This document shows, piece by piece, positions 57,602 to 64,000 of a stretch of DNA of 64,000 nucleotides. The notes below the pieces were generated by a model. That model did not search any database, was not told the origin of the DNA, and saw only the letters and a list, made by a program, of their open reading frames with translations. Each line of letters begins with the position of its first letter. The first letter of the stretch is position 1. The position numbers and the translations under genes were made by a program. Origin of the DNA: Alphaproteobacteria bacterium (GTDB lineage: Bacteria > Pseudomonadota > Alphaproteobacteria > JBFXJJ01); the NCBI GenBank assembly GCA_050175015.1, contig JBFXJJ010000003.1, positions 128,001 to 192,000 of the forward strand. Reading direction: 5' to 3'.

Positions 57602-60600
57602 ATGCAAAATTTATATGACGTTTTTTCAGAATACCCAAACCTTTTAGCTAGTACTATAGGTATTATCGGCGTTATTTTTGCACTTAACTATTTAAACAAA
57701 CAAGAAAGCGCTCCTTTTGGTTTGATGTATATCAATCAGGGATTTGCTGCTTTAATTCTAACCATAGTGATGAAAATTCCAGAATATATGGATTTGGAAT
57801 TTTCCTATCTATCGGTTTTTGAGCTGGTTTTTTTAGGGGCAACTCTTTGCTTGTTTATCTCTGGAGGACTGTCGTTAAAAGGCGTTAAAGTGAAGTTTTA
57901 TGTTACTCTTGCTTTAATGGTGGTGATTTTACTTTGGATTTTTAATGTTGTTTTTTTAAGCGGAAGCTATGTCTTAATGTTTTTGACTAAATATCTGCTT
58001 CCAACATTGGCTTATGGTTTTCTTAGCTATAGCTTTTTGACGAGGAAAACGCAGTCAAGGAAATCAGGCTTTAAGGCGTTTGGCTTTTTTGCTATGGCCT
58101 CCTCAATATATTATTTTGCGCAGATTTTATCTTTTATAAGTTTTTTACATGATCTTTGGTTCTTTATGCCCCTAATGTATGCGGGCTTTGCCTTTAGTAT
58201 TATGCTGATGGCTAACAACTTGATTCAGCATCAATGTGATGTATATAAAAACGAAGCCGAAGATATTAAAAGCAAGCTGAGGCTTATAATTCAGTCTTCA
58301 CCTTTTCCAATTACAATATCCCGTCTTAAAGACGACCAGATGATATTAGTTAATAAAAGTGCGGCGGATCTTTTTGGCATTAATCCTAATAATCCGCAGT
58401 CATATCGTATGGTTGACTTCTTTGCCGATCAAAATAATAGGAAAGAGTTATTAAATAAACTGAATGCTCATAAAGTTGTTGAAGATTTTGAAGTACTGGT
58501 TAAGGGAAGAAACACAGGAAAGCCATTTTGGCTTTTGCTATCGGCCAGAGTTATTGACTTTGAGTATAGTGTGGCTCTTTATTGCGCGTTCCAAGATATT
58601 ACTAACCGTAAAAATAAAGAAAAAGAGTTGTTTGATCAAGCAACGAGAGATCCTCTAACGGGAGCATTCAACCGCAGACAATTTGAAGAGATCGTTAAAA
58701 AAGAATTTGCCCGCTGCAAACGTTATGGTGGAACATTCTGTATTATTATGGTTGATGCTGATCACTTTAAAAATGTTAATGATACTTATGGTCACCAAAC
58801 TGGTGACGAAGTTCTTAAAGCTCTATCAAAAAGCTTTTTTGATACTTTGAGAGAAACTGATGCTGTGTTTAGATTTGGTGGTGAGGAATTTGTTTTACTG
58901 CTTCCAGAAATTACATTGGAAAATGCATATAGTGTAGCAGAAAGACTTAGAACTATTATTTCTGAGATTGAGGTTTTAGCAGAGGATAAAGAAAGCATTG
59001 TTAGGTTCACTGTTAGTATGGGTATTGTAGAATCTACTCAGGCAGAAGAGCCCAACGATTTGGTTAAGCTTTCGGACGATGCGTTATATGAGGCAAAAGA
59101 AACAGGTAGAAATAAAGTTGTTATTTCAAAAGCTGTTCGTCAGGAGGTTAAACCTATAAGCAACAGCACAAATCCAAATCGAGATAATCATGCTAAGAAA
59201 GAATTAGATGAGATAGACAATATTAAGTCTGATTATGATTTTGATGAGGAATTGCCAATAGACGATGACTTCGTATCAGATGGTGGCGGAGTAGGAAAAA
59301 TCAAGTTAGCTCCCAAAATTGATATGAATAAAATTCAAAGCGAGATTTCTGCTAAGTTAGAAAAAGATAAAGATGAAGGAGAAGATGCAGAAGAAGCAGA
59401 TTCCGTTGATGTTGAACAAGTTTCAGAAGAAAACAATGGAATTCCAGCCCCAGCATTTAACAGTGATTCTTATGATGAACTCCCCGCAGAGCCGGCTTTT
59501 GAAGGTGAAAGCTATGATGCCGAGCTTCCCTCGCTTGATGAAGAAACCTTATTGCCAGAATATGAAGAACAGCCTCTTGATGATAGCTTGGCTATTCCAG
59601 AGTATGGAGAAACTTCTTCTGAAAGTTATGAAGATCTTCCCGCTGAGGAGCAGTTGGTATATGATGAATTACCAGCAGAAGAGGCGGTTTATGATGAAGT
59701 TCCATTAGAGGACGTTCAAGATTACGGTGAACTTCCTGCCGAAGGCGCGGTGTACGATGAAACTCATCTTGATGATGAAGCATCTTATGCGGAATTGCCG
59801 CCCGAACAGGGTTTTGAAGATGAAAGCTATGATGCCGAGCTTCCCTCGCTTGATGAAGAAACCTTATTGCCAGAATATGAAGAACAGCCTCTTGATGATA
59901 GTTTGGCTATTCCAGAATATGGTGAAGCGGTTCCTGAAAGTTATGAAGATCTTCCCGCTGAGGAACCGTTGGCATATGATGAATTACCAGCGGAAGAATT
60001 GCCAGTATATGACGAACTTCCAGCAGAAGAGGCGGTTTATGATGAAGTTCCATTAGAGGACGTTCAAGATTATGATGAACTTCCTGCCGAAGGCGCGGTG
60101 TACGATGAAACTTCTCTTGATGAAGCATCTTATGCTGAATTGCCGCCCGAACAGGGTTTTGAAGATGAAAGTTATGATGCCGAGCTTCCTCCGCTTGATG
60201 AAGAAGCCTTATTGCCAGAATATGAAGAACAGTCTCTTGATGAAAGTTTAGCTATTCCAGAATATGGCGAAGCGGTTCCTGAAAGCTATGACGAGCTTCC
60301 CGCAGAGGAACAAGCTTATGATGAGTTACCAGCGGAAGATATGGTTTATGAGGAAGCACCTTTAGAAGATAATCAAGATTACGGTGAGCTCCCCGCAGAA
60401 GAGGCTATTCCAGAATTAGAAATTGAAAAAGAGGTTTTGCCTGATACAAAAGAACTTCCTATGAAAAAAATGACGGCATCACAACCAATGCCATCTCCTA
60501 CGATTATAAGGAAGCCAGAGCTGTCAGTTGCTCCTAGTCATTCTGTTCCACCAGCTCCAACTGCAATAAAAACGCCGCAGGCTCAAGGAGCAGTTTCAAA

Positions 60601-60685
60601 TCCGCCTTTGGTTAAAAAAGTTGTAATTAAAAAAGTGGTAAAAAAGGTAGTTAAGGTTATTAAAAAACCAGTTCCGAAACCATAA
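57602..60685 (+). CDS. membrane PAS-GGDEF diguanylate cyclase with long acidic repeat tail
   Basis: ~7 TM, PAS, DPLTGAFNRR, DADHFKNVND, RETD I-site, RFGGEEF. Confidence 0.92.
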   Translation: MQNLYDVFSEYPNLLASTIGIIGVIFALNYLNKQESAPFGLMYINQGFAALILTIVMKIPEYMDLEFSYLSVFELVFLGATLCLFISGGLSLKGVKVKFYVTLALMVVILLWIFNVVFLSGSYVLMFLTKYLLPTLAYGFLSYSFLTRKTQSRKSGFKAFGFFAMASSIYYFAQILSFISFLHDLWFFMPLMYAGFAFSIMLMANNLIQHQCDVYKNEAEDIKSKLRLIIQSSPFPITISRLKDDQMILVNKSAADLFGINPNNPQSYRMVDFFADQNNRKELLNKLNAHKVVEDFEVLVKGRNTGKPFWLLLSARVIDFEYSVALYCAFQDITNRKNKEKELFDQATRDPLTGAFNRRQFEEIVKKEFARCKRYGGTFCIIMVDADHFKNVNDTYGHQTGDEVLKALSKSFFDTLRETDAVFRFGGEEFVLLLPEITLENAYSVAERLRTIISEIEVLAEDKESIVRFTVSMGIVESTQAEEPNDLVKLSDDALYEAKETGRNKVVISKAVRQEVKPISNSTNPNRDNHAKKELDEIDNIKSDYDFDEELPIDDDFVSDGGGVGKIKLAPKIDMNKIQSEISAKLEKDKDEGEDAEEADSVDVEQVSEENNGIPAPAFNSDSYDELPAEPAFEGESYDAELPSLDEETLLPEYEEQPLDDSLAIPEYGETSSESYEDLPAEEQLVYDELPAEEAVYDEVPLEDVQDYGELPAEGAVYDETHLDDEASYAELPPEQGFEDESYDAELPSLDEETLLPEYEEQPLDDSLAIPEYGEAVPESYEDLPAEEPLAYDELPAEELPVYDELPAEEAVYDEVPLEDVQDYDELPAEGAVYDETSLDEASYAELPPEQGFEDESYDAELPPLDEEALLPEYEEQSLDESLAIPEYGEAVPESYDELPAEEQAYDELPAEDMVYEEAPLEDNQDYGELPAEEAIPELEIEKEVLPDTKELPMKKMTASQPMPSPTIIRKPELSVAPSHSVPPAPTAIKTPQAQGAVSNPPLVKKVVIKKVVKKVVKVIKKPVPKP
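59471..60410 (+). repeat. hierarchical intragenic repeat (315- and 345-nt units built of YDELPAEE-like subunits)
   Basis: TTTGAAG(G/A)TGAAAG(C/T)TATGATGCCGAGCTTCC recurs at 59498, 59813 and 60158. Confidence 0.92.
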
Positions 60686-60974
60686 TACTTAACAAAACGG
60701 ATTTAAAATAATAGCTTAAAAGCTAAGCTTTTGACCGATTTTACCTGAAAATTCATAATCAAAATATTATTGTTTGGCTATATTGCTTCATAAAATTAAG
60801 AATTTTTTTAAGCAAAGTTGGTTAAAGGCATTTGATGTAAAGTAAAAATAAAAACCATAGCTTTTACTTATAACTAAAAGGCAAACACGCCAGCTCTTAA
60901 GACAGTAGAGAAACAAAGGGCTATATAAAAGGCAGGTGTTTTAATTCAGAAACAATCTAACATTATAAATTTTT

Positions 60975-62570
60975 TTATGAATCAGGATTTATTCCATATT
61001 CCTGCCATAATTTTTTTAATTTAGGATAGTTTTCTTGATCAACAGTACTGGTCAAAAATTTTCCCGCGGTAATTGTTGAAGACCAGTAATAAGCATCTAG
61101 CCCAGCTTGGCGTTTTAGTTCATTTAAAAACAGTTTTTTATCTTTTATATATGACCATACCTCAGGTAAGAGCAAAGCCAATTTTTTATCTTTTTCCTGA
61201 AAGATAACTCCATCAATATTGGGCTCAATTTGATCAAGCAATTCTCTTTCGTTAGTGAAAGATAACGGATAAGGAGGGGTTAGAAGAGAGATTTTTACTG
61301 AAATAAAGGGAAGTTCTTTTTTATTAATAGGTTTGAAATTATTATCGTAAAAAGCAGCAAAGAAAGCATTGGTCGCAATGTCTTGCAGAATATTTTCCTT
61401 GGGCGTTAAAGAACCCATAGCACCTCTAATAGATCCAGATTTATTGATGCTCACAAAAGAAATTCCAAAACTTCTTAGTTCTTTAGGATAATCTTTTGGG
61501 TTAACAATAAGGGGTTTTCCTGTTTTGATTCCATTTATAATCGAATCAAAAGCGATTTTAACTAAGGTTTTGCCATACTTCTCAGTAATATCATTAAGTA
61601 TTTGCTGTTCTTTTACTAACGGATTAACAAGAGGAGCATAGATTGCAAAGCTGGCATAGCCTACGACGCTGTCCCTTCGAATGTCGACATCACCAGAACT
61701 TTTGATATCTAAGATTTTTATAGCATAGCCATATTGGTTGGCATAATTCAAAAGAGCTTGAATTGCTAAATAACCAGAAGCCTTAGCCTTATCGAGATTT
61801 CTAATGTTGTATCCCAAAATAGCTTTAGATGTTGCGATATCTGCTTTTTTGCCTTCCATATAACTTAAATTGGTAGACAAATTGGAGCATACAATAAGCA
61901 ACGTATCATCATCTTTAAGAGCCTTATTAATGAATAAGTCCATTTCTCCGATGTTGGTTTCTCCAAAAATTGCAGGAACAATTGTAACGCTGCCAAGTGT
62001 TTCATAGATAAAAGGCAGTTGAATTTCGATGCTGTGTTCATTTTTATGAACGCTTGCCAGCATTCTAACAAAAGGTAAATCTAAAAGAGCTTTGTTTGTT
62101 GGCTGATCTACTGTAACAGATCCAAAAGGCATTTGCCATTTAGCCGCTGGAGAAAGAGCTATGCCTGAAAATTTGCTGTAAGTTGCAGGTGCAAGAATTA
62201 CAACTTTTTTTATTTTGTTTTTTAAGCTTTTTATTTGGGCATAAGCCGTTCCTGCGGTAATGCCAGAATAACCTAGTGATGAATGAGGAACGATTAAGGC
62301 TTTTATCGGATATTGTTCATTAACAATCTTGGCATCTTTCATAAGATTATTAATTTGTTTTCGTAGTTGGTCGCTGTTTGCGGGATAAAAAAGATTAGCA
62401 ACCGCAGGTTTGCGGTCTTCAATCTTTGATGTTTCAATCTGATTTTGCGTTTTAAATAACAATTCAGGAAAAAAAATTACAAACCAAAAAGCTACCGTTA
62501 TTATTAAAAGAAAAACAATGAAAAATAACTCTAAGCGAAAAGATTTGTCTGTTGTTTTTAGTGAAAGCAT
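60975..62570 (-). CDS. AmmeMemoRadiSam protein B (MEMO1)-protein A (AMMECR1) fusion with N-terminal TM
   Basis: RKPAVA..FYP, ALIVPH, EHSIEIQLPF, SGD...VVGYA; FVSI..., A..AAF.D..F, LLPEVW, LK.QAGL. Confidence 0.85.
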   Translation of the reverse strand: MLSLKTTDKSFRLELFFIVFLLIITVAFWFVIFFPELLFKTQNQIETSKIEDRKPAVANLFYPANSDQLRKQINNLMKDAKIVNEQYPIKALIVPHSSLGYSGITAGTAYAQIKSLKNKIKKVVILAPATYSKFSGIALSPAAKWQMPFGSVTVDQPTNKALLDLPFVRMLASVHKNEHSIEIQLPFIYETLGSVTIVPAIFGETNIGEMDLFINKALKDDDTLLIVCSNLSTNLSYMEGKKADIATSKAILGYNIRNLDKAKASGYLAIQALLNYANQYGYAIKILDIKSSGDVDIRRDSVVGYASFAIYAPLVNPLVKEQQILNDITEKYGKTLVKIAFDSIINGIKTGKPLIVNPKDYPKELRSFGISFVSINKSGSIRGAMGSLTPKENILQDIATNAFFAAFYDNNFKPINKKELPFISVKISLLTPPYPLSFTNERELLDQIEPNIDGVIFQEKDKKLALLLPEVWSYIKDKKLFLNELKRQAGLDAYYWSSTITAGKFLTSTVDQENYPKLKKLWQEYGINPDS

Positions 62571-62684
62571 AAAAAACCAAAATCCAATTAAAATTTTAAA
62601 GAAGCCATATCTTTTTTGTTTTATTTATCATAATGTAGTTTTTTTTAAAATTAAACTTAAAAGAAAAAATTAAGGTCTATTTAT

Positions 62685-64000
62685 ATGATATATCCCAATC
62701 GTGTAGATATTAAAAAATTCCGATTTGTTAGTTGCGATTTTGATGAAACGCTAAACCAAGCATCTTTAGTTTATGCTTTTGATGACAAAATAACGTTTGA
62801 AGAAACCTTTGTTTTTGAAAATGCCCCGCACGTTTCCCAAGAAAGAATGCCTGCTCTTAAAAGATGTTTAAAATATCTTCATTTAGCGGCAGGAGTAAGT
62901 TACTACAAAGCTTTTATTCCCAAAGAAATAGCCGTTGAAACAACGACTTTATCTAAAGATGAAGCCGATTTTTTTAACCAATTTTATTTATCTGGACTAG
63001 GCGAGTTTAGTTTTAAGAATAATCTCAATCTTCAAGATATTATCAAATTTCCTTATGAGGCAGATTATCAAGCAGAAAAAATAGCCAATGATTTTAGATT
63101 AAAAGAGCAGCCGATAGTTCCCGTTGGCGGCGGCAAAGATTCTATTGTAACTATTGCGGCGCTAAAAAATGCTGGGCTTAAGCCTGTTTTGTTTTCGGTT
63201 GGTTTTCCTGCGCCCATAGCTGGCACAGTAGAAATAGCTGGGCTTAAAAACATTGTCGTTACAAGAAAAATCGCTAAATCTTTATTGGAATTAAACCAAA
63301 AATTAAAAGAATGTGATGCCTTTAACGGTCATATCCCTGTTACTGGTGTTTTTGCTTTTTTGCTGGCAATGTCGGCGGTGATATATGATTTCGATGCGGT
63401 GTTAATGTCTAACGAGCGTTCGGCTAATTCTGAAAACATTGTTCGAGATGATGGTTTTCTTATTAATCATCAATGGAGCAAATCTTTTGAATTTGAAATG
63501 ATGTTTAAAAAATTTGCAGATAGGTATCTTCTTGATAATTTTAAGTATTTTTCTTTTTTGAGACCGCTTTCAGAGCTTTATATTGCTAAGCTCTTTTCCC
63601 GCAGCCAAGATTTCTTTGATGTTTTCACAAGCTGTAATCATGCTTTTGCCATTATGCAGGAGAATCGCAGCAAAGGTTGGTGTCTAAATTGTGATAAATG
63701 CCGGTTTGTTTATTTAGCATTGGCACCATTTATTGAAAAAAGTCGAATGATAGCGATTTTTGGTAAAGATTTACTAGACGACGAAACTCAGGAAAAAGGC
63801 TTTTCCGAATTGCTAGGACTTTCAAAATATAAGCCTTTTGAATGTGTCGGTGAAATAAAAGAGTGTCAAGCCGCTCTATTTCTGCTTAATCAAAAACCAG
63901 AATGGCAGTCTAGCTATATCGTTAACAAATTGGCTAAACAGTTAAATACTAGTGATACTAAAATGACAAAGATAGTTGAAGATGTTTTGAGTTTATCAAA
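62685..64000 (+). CDS. murL: UDP-MurNAc-L-Ala-L-Glu epimerase-like protein, 3'-truncated
   Basis: Manual translation from ATG 62685: LHLAAGVSYYKA, GLGEF, PVGGGKDS, NGHIPVT, SNERSA, NHQWSKS, FSFLRPLSE, SCN, WCLNCDKC, KPFECVGE; open to window end. Confidence 0.88.
   Translation, partial: MIYPNRVDIKKFRFVSCDFDETLNQASLVYAFDDKITFEETFVFENAPHVSQERMPALKRCLKYLHLAAGVSYYKAFIPKEIAVETTTLSKDEADFFNQFYLSGLGEFSFKNNLNLQDIIKFPYEADYQAEKIANDFRLKEQPIVPVGGGKDSIVTIAALKNAGLKPVLFSVGFPAPIAGTVEIAGLKNIVVTRKIAKSLLELNQKLKECDAFNGHIPVTGVFAFLLAMSAVIYDFDAVLMSNERSANSENIVRDDGFLINHQWSKSFEFEMMFKKFADRYLLDNFKYFSFLRPLSELYIAKLFSRSQDFFDVFTSCNHAFAIMQENRSKGWCLNCDKCRFVYLALAPFIEKSRMIAIFGKDLLDDETQEKGFSELLGLSKYKPFECVGEIKECQAALFLLNQKPEWQSSYIVNKLAKQLNTSDTKMTKIVEDVLSLS

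Noticed and set aside
59471-60410. Possible CRISPR-like or non-coding repeat array; alternative-frame ORFs 59373, 59592, 59727, 59907
   Set aside because: Repeats are in frame, multiples of 3 and have no unique spacers; the short ORFs are shadows of the DGC repeat

Overview
Low-GC alphaproteobacterial chromosomal segment, judged from the ffs-dnaX-ybaB-recR, dapF-mtaB-ftsY, ffh-rpsP-rimM-trmD-rplS-asd and yfgM-bamB-der syntenies. The backbone is housekeeping genes plus SRP RNA and tRNA-Ser(GCT). Accessory parts: (1) a module of two stand-alone HNH toxin-tip paralogs with one SUKH/SMI1 immunity gene; (2) an 8.5-17.6 kb patch of SEL1, BPL_N, autotransporter and ankyrin genes; (3) a ~17 kb minus-strand purine-catabolism cluster (two unrelated xanthine dehydrogenases, cyclic amidohydrolase, fused PreT-PreA-like reductase, SsnA, ClC, MocA-NTPase fusion, two PLP enzymes) that lacks the usual ygeW/ygeY/dpaL genes; (4) c-di-GMP parts (two Cle-like pseudo-receivers, a DGC with a long Tyr/acidic repeat tail); (5) a degenerate membrane-anchored MEMO-AMMECR1 fusion and a truncated murL-like gene missing from the ORF track. 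Several unrelated accessory proteins end in a similar hydrophobic-then-basic tail, possibly a secretion signal. dnaX has an A10 tract where the gamma subunit would end. No CRISPR array, integrase or transposase was seen. All calls come from motif recognition by eye; no database searches were run.
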